Shown here piece after piece: positions 39,541-53,280 of a stretch of DNA of 64,000 nucleotides. Position numbers and translations under genes: made by a program. How positions within the stretch are numbered: position 1 is the first letter of the stretch; each line of letters opens with the position of its first letter. The notes below the pieces were generated by a model. It saw nothing but the letters and a program-made list of their open reading frames with translations. It was not told the DNA's origin and made no database searches. Source of the DNA: Podarcis filfolensis (lineage: Eukaryota); assembly GCA_964270895.1 (NCBI GenBank), contig OZ185439.1; one strand, 5' to 3'.

Positions 39541-39743
39541 GCTTTGGTTTGCTTTTAGTTAAGTATGGTGTGCCGCTTCATCCTAACTGGGGATTGTTGT
39601 CTAACACTAACTTTGGCTAACGTCACGAAGCCAGCTGCTTAACTCATGGTTTGAAAGTGGCTTATTTTTAAACTAACCAGTCTGTGTTGAACCACAAACC
39701 CTAGCTTGAATGAAACATACCACAGTTAACTAAAACCAAAAGC
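39541..39743. repeat. Imperfect fold-back (probable old MITE) inside the LCoR 3'UTR
   Basis: Arms of roughly 70 bp: gctttggttt..ttagttaagtatggtgtg..ttcatcctaactgggg versus ccctagcttgaatgaaacataccacagttaactaaaaccaaaagc. Confidence 0.6.
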
Positions 39744-42700
39744 AAATGTTTCTGAGCTCCTTCTGTGGAAAGTGTGGAGAGAAGGAGAGAGCATGCGAAT
39801 TTAGAAGGAGACTAGACTTGTTAAAATGGTGCTAAATCACAGTGTTTTAAAATTCAACTATGAAAGCCATTAGACACCCATGTGTTATAAAAGCCAACTG
39901 CAAAATGTGTAATTTGCAGACAGTAGGGAAGTTGATTTTTTTAATTACATTTCTGAAACTGCAAGGGAGAAAAGCAAAAGATGCCTGATCCACAAAGAAT
40001 GGAAACCCTATAACTTCCTAGAAGCACCTGTTTTTTTGCCTGAAAACATATGGAAAAAATTATTTTTATGTCAAGTTTATCTTTTCAAGACTGCCCAAGT
40101 CCTTCAAGCAGCCTTGGCTAATATGTGAACCATCCCACTATGGAGCTGAAAGCTAGACTTTTAAAAGTTTCTGTTTTAGAGTTCTAGCAAAGTGCTTTTG
40201 GATAAGAAAGGGGAATGCTAGGAATGCTTCCCCAACCCACTCAGGTGCCATGCCTTTATCCTCTTTATCACCTCTGAGACACTCAGAGACTTTAGGAAGA
40301 TTTAATCCTAAATTTATTATACATGGAGGGTGGAATCTGCTTCTCCCTGTCAACACCACAATGAAATTTGACTCCCTTTCCATTTTTTTTGGCTTGCTAA
40401 GGAGCTTACCATGAGACATCAATAGCATGATGTCAATGGGATCACAAATACAGCCAATGTGTGGAGGTTTTCATGGGAAAACTTTTTTTTTAAAAAAATG
40501 CATAAATAATTCCTGACAGTTTCTGAGCAATCATGGTGTCATCTGAGATCATAGTTCAAACTGCCTCATCATTTGTCAATATGCTTTGGGATAAGCCACA
40601 GGAAACAAAGCAGACCTGCACTGCTACCATGTTTATAAGGTACATCTCATTCTTAAAGGATAATGAAAATTTATTCCAGATTTGCATTAGAAAATATTTA
40701 AGAAAACATTCAGACTAGGCCTTTCCTTTGGAGGCAGAGCAGCAGGCAGTATGGAGCAGTCCTAGGGCCATACAGAAGCAAGGGCATATTCTTGGGGCAT
40801 TTGGCTAATGCAAGAAGAGGATCTTCGTGCCCCTGGAGGAGTTATCTTTCAATCCTTTTAATAAACTCAGGAGTTTGGAGGTTATATATATATATATCTA
40901 TATATATATCTATATATAAAGTAAGGGCAACTGTCCAAACCCTACAACTTCCATTCTTTATAGCTGTAGTGAAAACAAAAAGGCCTGGGGCACAGAAAAT
41001 GAGGTTCTAGAATGGCTGACAGAGGTAATAGTGTATCAGATCGCCAGGAAAGAGCTTTTATATTTTACAGATCCAAGTAAAAACTGATACATTTTCTACA
41101 CACTGGGCTCGCTCCACAGAACTGCACAATAATTAACTCCACACTTGTACCCCTACAACACTAAGCCTTACTCATCTGTATAACCTGCTGTAGCAAAAGG
41201 TCACCAAGCAACATCTAAATTCCAGTACAATAGTGAACTTGATTTTAAACGTTACACAAACACACTCTAACATTAGTCTTCTAGGCTCGGAGTAGAGGGA
41301 GAACCTATCCTTCATGATACCTGGTCTGTATAAGCAGAGGCTGCCACAAATACTGTTCACAGTTTCATTCTGTCATCCAGGTGCACATGACACCGTCAAC
41401 AGATACACAATAATTCCACCAAATTTTGGTTCTGGATCTAACACACATGTGGTCAAAATGTCCAGTTCTTCCTCCCAAAGACTTCACCATTTCTGGAGCA
41501 TTGCACTTGGCTTGTCCCCTTAATATGCTCTCAAAAACGACAGGGAAAACAATGCCTAAGCCCTATGTCTTGCACAAGTTACATGAGCATCCATTCACTG
41601 GAAAACAGGAGAAAACAAGGCTTCTCTTACAAAGACAGCAGCGAACCACATCTTCCCACATCAAACTATGGTCAGTTGAGGATTTTGGCCATGCAAACTT
41701 CTGTTCAGCAGAAAATTAAGCATGCTAATGGATAAACACTGATTCCATTTTTTCCTAACAGGAAAGATGCTCCCAAATACTACTCAAAGCTGCACCAAAG
41801 GCGTCTGTCAGAGCAGTCTTACTTCAGTGAATCACTTAGGATCTAGAGTGAGATACAGTCACAGGATGAGCCACCTGGGCAAAAACAGGTGAGATGAAGT
41901 CTTAAACAAAAGTTAAACATTAAAAAGGTGCACCTGAATATTACAGACTAAGTTTACAAAACCTACAATAAGGTAAAATATAGATATATTTATATCTTTT
42001 GAATATTCAGCAGCTTTTTGTTTATTTTTGAGAGGCTTCTGAAATTTTAGAAAGGGACAACTAACTAATTTCAACCATGCTTCACAAAACAATAATGGCT
42101 ATTTTATATTGCAATTACAAAAGTAATGCAATTAGTGCTTTAAAAATAACCTACTTTTTCCTTTTCTTTATTTAAGCAGAGACCTTTTGAGGAAATATGG
42201 TTGTTCCAAAGCTTCTGGGATTTTTTTTTTACCTGAATAGGAAGTGATCACAGATATTAAGTGTTATATTTCAAAGCTTTGCAGATAGGAATCTTACAAT
42301 CGTCAGGTCCCAGGACTTTTATCTGAGAAAATTAAGTGTTTGGTTGTTTAATTCATTTTCTAACCAAAGCAATAAGAATACGCAACTATCACTATCTATT
42401 TACAGTTCTCAACCTATGGTCTGAAATGACGTACAAGTAGTTCTCTTTCTAAACTGCAGCATTAAAGGGTAGGCACACCATTTTTCTGCTGCACGATTGT
42501 CATCCACTTAATGATACACATAGAAAATATTTAGGTAAGTAAAATGAGCACTCCACATACACTATGCCAAGGTTTTACGGAACTCAACTCATACATCACT
42601 TAAATAAAAACAGCCACAAAAGGTTAAACCTCTGACAGTAAAACTCTATGCAAGTGTTACACTTCTAGCTTGCAGCAAATCTTCTCCCACACTTTCAATA

Positions 42701-44761
42701 GCAGATGAAACCACAAATTTAAAACAGTGCATTTTTATTGCAATTTCCAGAAAAACTGGAGTATATTGCAGAGTTTCTACACCACTATGGAGCTTCAAAC
42801 AGGTTTCTGTACTGAGATGACACCTAGATAGCTAAAGGAGCTCTGCTTTTGAGTATGGAAACACATTAAGCTACCAAAACAAAAAGAAAAGTCTAAGAAC
42901 AGTAGTACAAAGCATATCTGGGCCAAAAGCCCAGTCTCTCTCAAGAATGAGAAGTGCATATTTAACACGACAGCAATGGTGTGCCTAACCTTTGAATACA
43001 GTGGGTTACTGGGAAGCAATCAACCAATCAAGAAGGCCAACTCAATTAATTGCCCCCAAATTCAAGCAGCAGCCCTGGGGCTATCTAGGCCTTCTTCCTA
43101 TGAATCTTAGCATCCACTTTCAGTCATTAACACAGGATAACTAATTAAGAACAGTGCTCAAATGATGTCTCACATACAAATTCCATTGCCTCTTTTGGTT
43201 GTGCAAAGCAGTAGAGTGGAGTCTTACCAATCTTTTGCACAGCTAAGATTAAATTGTTTCTCTACCCAAAGAACCATTAAGTCTGATTCAGTGAAGCTGC
43301 AAGTCCAGAAAGCTTTATTTAAAGCTTAACATGTAAGAATGTTCAGATGCCTCTGCAACTAACAAGACTGAACTGTGGATTTAGGAGTGCTAGTGGTGAT
43401 CTGCCTATGCGAGTGTGTGCTAGTCCCCTATTAAAATCAATAGTGGATGAAATAAAAACAGAAATTCAGGATATGCAAGCACATTTCCTGCTACTGGCAA
43501 CTGTAGTATTTAAAAAGGAAACACCCATTGGGTGTTCAACCCTGACAGTGTTACAACTAGATAAGATGCTCAGCCTAAGTCAGACCAGAGTGATCTGATA
43601 ATGGGTTTTATTAAAATTTGTAAAAATTTCTTCCCTGAACATTAACATAGATCCTTCATTTACATGACTATTTAGGCAGACTATTGAGGTTGTATGTTTA
43701 GAGATCAGTTGGTTTGATGAGGATTTTTGTTTGTTTTTTGCCCAAGATTACAGTAAGCTGTTATATGTATTCCTGACTCCCAGAAGAGAGTTCTTTAAAC
43801 GAGATGTTGGAAACGCACAGTTTAGCAAACTCAGAATCCAGTCTGTTAAAAAGCACGTAGGTCACAAAAAAGCCATTATTTTGTTAAAGTGAGGAATACC
43901 CTAGTATATCATTCAATGTACCCTGATGCTCCTGAATGGAGTGTTGAGATAAGGCTACATCCTCAAGCAGGCAAGCTGAACTCTCTCGCCTTTGCAAAAG
44001 AGCAAACACAATTACAGTGAAGGTAGTGTTCCAAAGGAATGAACCAAAGCATTCTGAAGGTAGTGTATGTAAAGTTCCCCCATCCCACTCCCACCCGCCC
44101 CGCCGGGTGAGCACTAAGCAGATTGCAAATAGTAAAGGAGGAGTTGAATTTAAAACAAAATGGCTCCGATTAGACCCAACTGACTAGGAATCCAATCACT
44201 AATCACTGAATTCAAAATGACTAGCCATACTTAAAAAGTTTAAACTCTCTTTCAGGCCAACTGGATCGAAGAAGAAAAAAACTGTGAAAGCCTAATTATA
44301 AGCAATTATCCAGTTTTTGTTTTACAAGTCTGGTACTAGAGCTCAAGAAAGTGATTTTTTTAAAAAGGCCATATGAAGAAAGCAAACCCAATAAAATAAC
44401 TGAAAGTCCATGCAGGCTCAAGAGGCAAACAGTCCACTTCCATGTCTGCATTCTTTGTGAGGTAACTCAATTCTCTATAGAATATTAGAGAAACATGCAA
44501 AAGGCCAAAAAAAAATCCCCCAACAACAAAACAAAACAAAAACACAAAAGAGGGCTCTAAGCCATTCCGGGCCAGAAAATTTACAAATATGCAACATTCA
44601 GAGCACCCTTTTCCCCCTGTGTCCACACAAGTCTTTGCTGAACTGCAAAGGAGCATGTCCTGCACCCAGTGACTGAAGAGGAGTTGGGTACATACAGCAG
44701 GAGTTGAACAATGCCATAGTGCTCACCCAGTTTATAATGTAATTGGCACTCTACAACATCC

Positions 44762-45731
44762 CTAATCATCCTTTGACTCATTCGCACTCTGTGCTGCCTC
44801 TCCCTGGGGATCTATCTCAAGCTTTACAGAGACATCCTGTCCCTCCGACCGCATTAATTTCATTTTTTTCTTTGGAGGGTTTTTCAAAGTGCCCAGCCTC
44901 TCTTTCACTTTATATTCCAGGGTGCTATGGGGAATCCCATAAATACTCTGAGCTTTGGAGACGCTCATTTTCCCACTCATCACCACAGAGATCGCTTCTT
45001 CCAATATCTCACTGTTGTACTGTCTGTATCTGCCTCTTTTCTTCCGAGGTTGCTTAGAGCCAGGATCTCCCTCTTGATCAGAGGTGGGATATGGCTGTCC
45101 AGAGGTAGATTGCTCAGCATCTGAGCCCCAGGAGTCTGGTCCGGGATCCAGCAAGCTCCTTCTGTTTTGTTTCGGAAGGATAGCCCTTAACTTTTTACTA
45201 AGCGCGCTCTCCGTTTGTGAACCCATCACCAAAGAGCTATAGCTATACTGGTCGCCAGAACGGGACTCCCATGAAAGGTCCATGCCTCGAACTTGTGGTA
45301 TCTTTAAATCCACAGGAGTTGAATGGCTCATGTCCTTTTTCCCATCCTGTTTAGTTTGAAGTGCCATTTTTTGAAAGGCTGAATTTTCTGTAAGAAAAGG
45401 AAGGTCACTGATGTTGCTGAGTGCACCGTTTCCCCTGAATTTCATTCGGGTGAAGTTGAATTCGTAGTGTGGTTTTGCCCAAGAAGCCTCCCTGGATAGT
45501 ATCATGTGCTGTCCGTGATTCTGCAGCCCAGACGGCCCATGGCTGGCAGCTGTAGCATGCTGGTTTCTGCTCAGCAGTTCTTCGCTTATCTGCAGTGATC
45601 GAGCCAATGGAACTTTGAGAGATGTGGAGTGGCCAGACCCTTCCCTCGTTCCATCCTGCCAACTTCTCGGGGGCACCCCATCACCACTCCGAAGTCCCTC
45701 TGCATGGTGCTGGCTGGGTCTCCCAGGTCGC
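44762..45731 (-). CDS. LCOR: LCOR proximal terminal exon: LCoR isoform with Pipsqueak-type helix-turn-helix
   Basis: ccatccaattag acceptor; 970 nt; RPGRPSQ...KQPRKKRGRYRQYNSEILEEAISVVMSGKMSVSKAQSIYGIPHSTLEYKVKER...ESKDD*. 238+94+970=1302 nt gives 433 aa, the length I recall for human LCoR. Confidence 0.97.
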
Positions 45732-46837
45732 CTAATTGGATGGAAGGAAACTGATGTGAGCAGGACTTGCACAGGTAGGGAGGAATGGGTGAGGGGGCCA
45801 CTCCTTTATTAGAAGACCTTGCTTGGGTAACATCACTTTTGTGGGTTTTTATTTTTATTTTTTTAAGTCTCAGCAGTCAGTTTTTTTAAAAAAAATTGTT
45901 CAAAAATAAAGAGAAGCTTTTTGGGCAAAGAAAAACGAAACCTGTCAGCTGGTCTTTGGTTGGGTTCACAAAATCTTGGAGCAGAAAAGGCTTCGCGCAA
46001 GTGTCTGAAAATAGCATCTTAATTATAGATTAGAAAGGAATAATCATTTGCTAGAGTCTATTCACGACTGTATTACTAGTGTGACGTTACCACTAAACAA
46101 GTACAGTAATAAAAGAGTAAGCCAAGTGACAAAATGCAGCAAATTCAACACGCATACTCTCACACACCAGCCACCTGCACTTTTTATAAAATGCTGAAAG
46201 CTCTGGAGGGCATGGATTAACACTATATATGCTAAAGTTGCTGCTCAGCATCAAGAGGGCTCAGCAGAACTCAAAGGTGTTTGCTTATTTTGCATTAAAC
46301 ACTAGAACAGAAAAACGGAATGGTTCTCAAATAAAAATGTTGCACAAATTCAGACTCCATTTCCTTTTAAAATTAATCATAAGTCACATAAATATCAATT
46401 TGATTCTGTTTTTCACATGCCTAGGTAAAGAAGCAGGATATTTTCTTGCCACATATGTATTATTTATTATGCTCTTTCCAACTTTACTGATTAAACAGAT
46501 CCAGGTTAAATCTATTTTAAAAAAGAGTATGATCTATAGTCTAATCAGACTATCAATCTTGTTTATGTACACAATTATTTCATTTCCTGTAAATAATATG
46601 AACAAAAAGTATGCAATGCATTCTTGGTACTTTGCTTATTAAGATGATTACTGTGTATATCCTATCTAGCAAACAGCCTTTATATATTCACAGACCCCTT
46701 TAACCTAGCCATCTGAGATATGTATTTTAGGACCCACCTTACTCTCTTTACTGTAATTTGTATTTCAATATTGTATTTTTACATTTTTGTAACCTGCCCT
46801 AGGACCTCATGATGAAGGGCAGGTAAGAAATCTAATC

Positions 46838-46873
46838 AACAACAACAATAACAACGACGACAACAACAACAAC
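46838..46873. repeat. Imperfect (AAC)n microsatellite
   Basis: aacaacaacaataacaacgacgacaacaacaacaac following a LINE-like tail. Confidence 0.8.
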
Positions 46874-47142
46874 GTACAGAAGATTTGGATACATAGCAAG
46901 GCAGAAGGAAGAACTTACATTCAAGTTTGGACTTCCTAATTCTTTAGCAAATGCCTATTAAACATTACTCAGAATTTGAAGATTCTTAATTTGGTAACGA
47001 ACAGTCCACATGAATTCAGAACAAGAACCACCCCAGTGTCAAGGAAAATAATAAATTTCTACCAGAACTTTAAACATGCATTGACTATTTCAGCTAGTTC
47101 TAAAACAGTGAATCACTGTCCAGATATAAAGATTAACTAGCG

Positions 47143-47273
47143 CAGGCTTCTTCAAACCCTCCAGATGTTTTGAGACTACAATTCCTATCATCCCTGACCA
47201 CTGGTCCTGCTAGCTAGGGAACATGGGAGTTGCAGGCCAAAAACATCTGGAGGGCAGAGTTTGAGGGAGCCTG
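47143..47273. mobile_element. Short hAT-type MITE
   Basis: TIR caggcttcttcaaac / gtttgagggagcctg; 8-bp TSD aactagcg / aactagca. Confidence 0.82.
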
Positions 47274-48723
47274 AACTAGCACTTTGAAAGGCAAAGGGCA
47301 ATAGTTAACTGACATTTAACTTAACAGTACAAAGCAGAAACACATGCTGATCTCTTGAAGATGCTTTCAGTCAGCCATGTAGGAACACTTTTTTTTTTTA
47401 ATGCACAGAACCTGTTAGAATATTCAGAAAGGGAACAGAAATTGATATTCTCCTTCACAATACAGTGTTTAGAGTTCTGACATACAGGGTTAAGTAATAT
47501 ATCCATGTTGTGAGGAATTTAAATGTCTCTTTTGCAGTTATAAGTCAGTGACTGTCAACAATGGTTATTTTTATATCACTAGAAGTCCAGCAACTTGAAG
47601 ATTATGTAATTCCACATCTATATTCAGCCGCTTAATATTCTAAAGGCCGATTAGCTTTAAAATTATACAAAAAATGTATTCTATTGCAGCATTTTAAAGT
47701 ATCACCCCAAATTTCTTTATTCTCATGTATCTTCTCCCTATCAGCACATGCAACAAAAAATACAAAGTTGATGGGATTGTATAACCTTCACCAAGAAAAA
47801 TTTGCACCCAGAAACTGCCTACAAGTCTAATAATAGTATAGTGTTAGTAATTTTGAATTATTGAGTATTCATCTTGGAAACAGCTCCAAGGTAAGTAATT
47901 ACAAATCCGTCATTAGAAAACAAATGGAATTATAGTACTGTACTATAATAGTAGGTTATACAAAAAAAAATCCTAACAAATATTTTACAATTCTTGCTCA
48001 ACCACTATCTTTACTTTAGTGGCCTTGCCTAACATTCTGACTACTAAAGGAAACACTGTTTGGTTTGCTGATCTATTCAAACTAGGCAGCCATCATCCCA
48101 TCCTATCAAAGGCTGAGATCGGGTTCAGATACTCATCAAGCCTCATGTGATCACCTGTGGGATGTGCATGGAACTACCAAAGGTTCACAACCCAACAAAG
48201 ATCATGTGCAGCCACTGGTTGTATGACCTGATACCCCATACATGAAGCCACTGAAACTGCATTGTGATAACACTTTTTGACTTGCTACAATCATGAAAAC
48301 TGCAGAAGTCATTTGTATAAGCTTCAAGGGGAAATGGTTGTTCATACAACTGGCACCCAACATAACCCCTGCCAAGCTGTTAGCCCACTCACAGGCCCAA
48401 GGCTCCCATAGTCAAATACACAGGTGTGGCTGAGCATGTGAACGAAGTCAAAATAGTCAAATTTTTAAAAGGTTGAAAGATCATAGCTCTACATTTCGTA
48501 TATCAGGTACAAAACCAAAGTATTCCTGAAATGGAATTAATTTTTCAGTTGACTTCATATTTAAGGATTGGAAGAAGGTGTTTTAACAAGATGTAATTAT
48601 ACTCTGAAGGGTTAAATCAACCCTGTCTGTGGAAGCAATAAGGAAGAATTTGACCCTCAGTTTGTTGTTATGCAAATAACTTGAGGGGGGTTTTAGCTTA
48701 AAGATACTAAGAATTTCCCTTAC

Positions 48724-48817
48724 CCATTCCCAGGAGTAGCGGAGCAGCCAGGTGAATGGCTCAAGGAGGCGCTGCCTGCACATGGACTTTTCTTAGTGGA
48801 CAGATCAAGTACTCCGT
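48724..48817 (-). CDS. LCOR: LCOR shared 94-nt exon (VLDLS CtBP motif)
   Basis: tctctgcag acceptor, GTAAGG donor at 48723; (D)GVLDLSTKKSPCAGSASLSHSPGCSATPGN(G); ends in phase 2. Not in the ORF track. Confidence 0.95.
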
Positions 48818-49509
48818 CTGCAGAGACATGAGAATTACTTGAGAATAGGAAGAAATTAATAAAACTAAACACACACAAACATACAACTTGGTAAGTTTTT
48901 ATGGCTGAAACTCTGTCTCAGTTAATCTTGGGTTGCTTTGGAACTTCCTACTTGAACCTCAACCAAAGTTTCTTGACATATCAGCCATTATTTTATTTTC
49001 CTTATTTTGTTTTGTTAAGGACATATCGATATTATTACTTTCATTCAATAAAATATTAATGGTAGATTAAACAGTATGAACACATTATATCTGAGAGCAC
49101 AGAATGCAGGTTAATTTCAAAACATAGTTCTCTGCATATATTTCATAATGTCTGAAAAGTGGATCAAGTTACTTCTTTTTGAGCATGTGTACTTCTTGTT
49201 ATCCACCATACATTCATTAAGATGTAGTCTATGTATTGATAGTTTCAAGTAAGACACAAAGCAGAACAGGAAGGAAAAAACATCTTAACAAGCAGAACCG
49301 AAGTTCATGTACCCATAAAAGAAAACTCAACAAGTGTTTAATTCAAGAACTACAAAATGGAGCAAGAGTGGAGAAATTATTGCCATACAATAATTATTGC
49401 AAACAAACTGCAGCTTTCGTATTAAGTATTTTCTGGGTACACTTCATTTTATTTAATATATTTATATTCCATCTTTAAATTTAGCAAAAACAATACAATT
49501 TAATGGGAT

Positions 49510-49625
49510 AGCTTCCAGGGCACTCTTCAGATGCTGTAGACTACAACTTCTATTACCCCTGACCACTGGCCATGTTGGCTGGGGTAATGAGAGTTGTACC
49601 CCACAATATCTGGAGTGCACCACTT
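49510..49625. mobile_element. Degenerate fragment of the same MITE family as 47143
   Basis: Shares core cagatg..gactacaa..ccctgaccactgg..gagttgta..catctggag; termini eroded. Confidence 0.55.
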
Positions 49626-51877
49626 TGGCTACCACTATTCTTGCTTTTTAAAAAGTGCTGCAGTCCAGATATTCAGTCCATGAGCTATTCAGTTAGAACA
49701 GAGATAACTAGTTCAGCAATGCTAGCTTTGCACGTTCCAAGGCAGATGGTAGAAAGTCATGTGACTGGATTTTAAAAGTCATGTAATAATATATTTTGCA
49801 TTTATAAGATAATTGAGGTATTGTTAGCCATTAGTGGAAGACTAACTAGTAAGCTTGATGAAATCATTTTTTTCTACACAAAGACTACAGCCTATCTCCC
49901 ATGAAGCTTAAGTATAAACATTCTTAAAAGTTGCACAATTCTGGAAGGTAACAAGCTACTTGTTATTACTAACAACTTTTAAGAGGTAGCCAGTGGGAAA
50001 GATGAAGGGTAAGTGGTGGCAAGTGTAGGGTAGTTACCAGACAATTTGCCAACGTGTAAATTTACAGGTGCCCGCATCCTACAAGCAGGATAGATTCTAT
50101 CTTCTTTTTCTTAATAAGCTGGGTAGATTCTCAATGAATTATTGCTGTGTTTCATATAACACCTAAACTCTCAAGGGATCCAACTCCATTCCCAGCATAT
50201 GGAGTATACAGCAACTTCTAATGCACACAGGAACTCACTTTTTAGCAGCGGCAGCTCAGTGAAACAGTGTCTCCTTTTCTAGCAAACAAGTAACAAAGCT
50301 ATGGTTGTACAGGCCACCTTTAAGACTCTTATCCAGGACTTTATTATGAATCTAAATCTTTCTATTCTCTCCTCTATCAAAACAGTTTTGGAACTGTTTC
50401 AAGTCTGTTTGTAACTACATTATTAGTACAGTTAAGGAGGTTTGTTAATATTTGCTGTCCATGCATATATATGCTAAAATGTACTATTTGGCTCACAGAA
50501 ATGGAAAACATTCAAGTTCATAATTATTCAAAGCAATGTTATTTAAAGCAAACCTAAATTTCAAGATCATCTATACTGTTTAACAATAAGGAATATTTAG
50601 TTTTTCAACATGTATTTTTGCAATTTAAGGGGCCAGAGTAAGGTCTGAAAAAGGTCTACTTATTAATAGAGAGATGGGGCAGTACCTCGTTACACCCTGT
50701 CCAATTAAATACTTCTTTGGTTCTGCGAGAAAACCAACTAGAAGACCCATGTTATTCTTCCAAGGTAGAGATTCACAATCCTTTTCACTATCACTTTTCA
50801 TCTGTGTCTGGTGTAGGTGAAGTTTTACACATATGAAGTAACATGCAGAAGTGGAGAATAGCCAGCTATGCATGCTTACAAGGATTTGAGGCTTACAGTA
50901 GCTAACAAAATTAAGTGTGACTCAACAACATCAACCTGTGACAAAGATTAATTCTAATTTGCATTACATTAAGACTTAAGTAATAACAGTATTTGTCGGT
51001 AAGACATTATTTCTAGTGGGTCAAGTTTTTGGTTCCGTATCTTAAGAAAGTGTTTAAAAGCTAGTGGATTCTGTATATATGTGGAACTCTCTCTGGTAAA
51101 TTATATGAGGAAATGCTACAGGAATAGGTATATGTAGCCTTGAGCCCAGAAAGCCAAGTGGGCAAACAAATTATGTTTTCAAGAAATACCAGAATGGAAA
51201 GAATGAATGGTTTTTTCAGCTTTCTATGAAAACAAAGCAAAGAAGTTACAGGTTTAAAGTGGGAATTTGATGCACACTCCCTTAGGAGAAAGCACAATTG
51301 AACACAGTGGGATTTTAGTTAGTAAACATGTATCAGATCGCACTGTAGATTACCTAACTGTAATGATTTAGAAAATGGACAAGTTGCTTAAGCTGTATGT
51401 GAAAATTTCTTAAGGTTTTTAAGAAAGCTAAAAAGAAAATGCTAGACAATAATATTTTAAAGTGCTTTGTTTTCTAACACATATGTATTGACTTTTCAGC
51501 AAAGTCCAAGTGGCATACAAAATAATCCACCTTTAGGGCAGACAATTGCTTTCAATAGCTTATGGATTTCTCTCGTCTCTAGAATGCATTAAAATAAACA
51601 TACATTATAATGTAAGATGAAGGGCAAAATTCTTCAGGTCCATTAAAAGTACTGTGTATATGTTCACTTCCAAGGGAAAAGAACAAAATGTTCAACTGCT
51701 TCAACCTTGCATTTGTTCTTTCAAAAGCACTTGGTCAACACCAAGGTTTTCTTTTAACATAAGCACCACAATCAGAGGTTGACAAATGCAGTTACCATAT
51801 CTTAAAATGCTGGCAACCACCTGCTACCTCCAGCATAAGATGAGAAAGGTGGGGCTCATCTCTGATGATGTTCAGGA

Positions 51878-52010
51878 CTTTGGAAGAATGTAAGAGCCTC
51901 CTGGATCAGGCCAATGACCCATTAAGTCAAGCATCCTGTTCTCACATTGGCTCATCTGATGCCTATGGGAAACCTACATCTGGAATCAATGAGAAGTTCC
52001 TCTGCTTCCA
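51878..52010 (-). mobile_element. Fragment of a squamate SINE with a CR1-like 3' tail (Squam3-like)
   Basis: agagcctcctggatcaggccaatgacccattaagtcaagcatcctgttctcaca matches the antisense of this common squamate repeat tail as I recall it. Confidence 0.55.
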
Positions 52011-52417
52011 AGTGTTCCAGAAGGTCAGGAACAAAATTCCATCTTTCTTCTAGAACACCCAAGAAGCGTTGATTTCACCTGACAGTGGACAGAGCATCAG
52101 TATTTCCAAAGTCTGGTGAGGCAGTTACAGTAATTTAACTAAGGCTGAAACTTGGGGGAAAGGTGAAGTCTCTTGTTTGACTTTGCCCTAGACTTCAGAA
52201 TCACCTGGAACCAGTGAGAAGTGCTAATGCTTCTGGGGCTCAGAATGACACAAGCCACAAGGTCCTGACCCTGCACCAAATCTCCTTTGCATGTCAGAAG
52301 AATAGGTGGAGAACAGGGTCAGTGATAAACACAACTGGTTTCTGGCTACCAAGGTCAGTCAAAATCTGTGGATCTTGTTTAAAGCCCTTCACCAGAAGAC
52401 ACACTCTTATGTGTAGG

Positions 52418-52770
52418 GTAATGGTAAAGGGACCCCTGACCATTAGGCCCAGTCGTGACCAACTCTGGGGTTGCGGTGCTCATCTCGCTTTATTGGCCAA
52501 GGGAGCTGGCGTACAGCTTTCGGGTCATGTGGCCAGCATGACTAAGCCGCTTCTGGCGAACCAGAGCAGCACACAAAAACGCCGTCTACCTTCCTGCCGG
52601 AGCGGTACCTATTTATCTACTTGCACTTTGACGTGCTTTCGAACAGCTAGGTTGGCAGGAGCAGGGACCGAGCAACAGGAGCTTACCCCGTCGCGGGGAT
52701 TCGAACCGCCAACTTTCTGATCGGCAAGTTCTAGGCTCTGTGGTTTCACCCACAGCACCACCCACATCCC
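52418..52770 (-). mobile_element. Sauria SINE, different subfamily
   Basis: Reverse complement has tRNA-like head, shared core (gcaagtagataaataggtaccg) and ccttt-type tail; TSD atgtgtagg at 52409-52417 and 52772-52780. Confidence 0.9.
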
Positions 52771-53280
52771 AATGTGTAGGATACCACATACTTAAAAGAT
52801 GTCATACACAAAGAACTAAACACACAAAGAAAGTTACAATTGACACGACTATATTTTAAGTAAATAATACAGCCTTTACTAAGCGGCTGCTGTAAGACAA
52901 TTTGAGTATTCAGCTCCAATTACAGGCATTCTGCTTATGAGCAAATTGCCAAAATACTTGCCAAGTGTGATTACAGGCACAATTCACTACATGGAGGCTG
53001 GAAGTACACTGTCAAACCCATTAATTCAGCAGAAGTAAATTTCCCAGAGAGTAAGTTTCTTTTCTGGCAGACCCAGCATCCATCTGGAATATGCGTAATA
53101 AAATGAGGGCACATAGCTGTTAGCACTTTCGCACCATTTTCAGCACAGCTTTTCTCCATTCCCTTATGCACTACTAATCAATCCATGCCTCTCTTCTTTC
53201 CTTTCTATGATTTACTTAGTCATTAATGGCCAGCAAATTGCAAATGGTTGCAAGGGGCTATGAACAGAAATGTGGCATAC

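Noticed and set aside
50680-50880. Possible poison exon with an upstream TGCATG on the - strand
   Set aside because: Acceptor is mediocre and donor ambiguous; not distinguishable from chance without reads.
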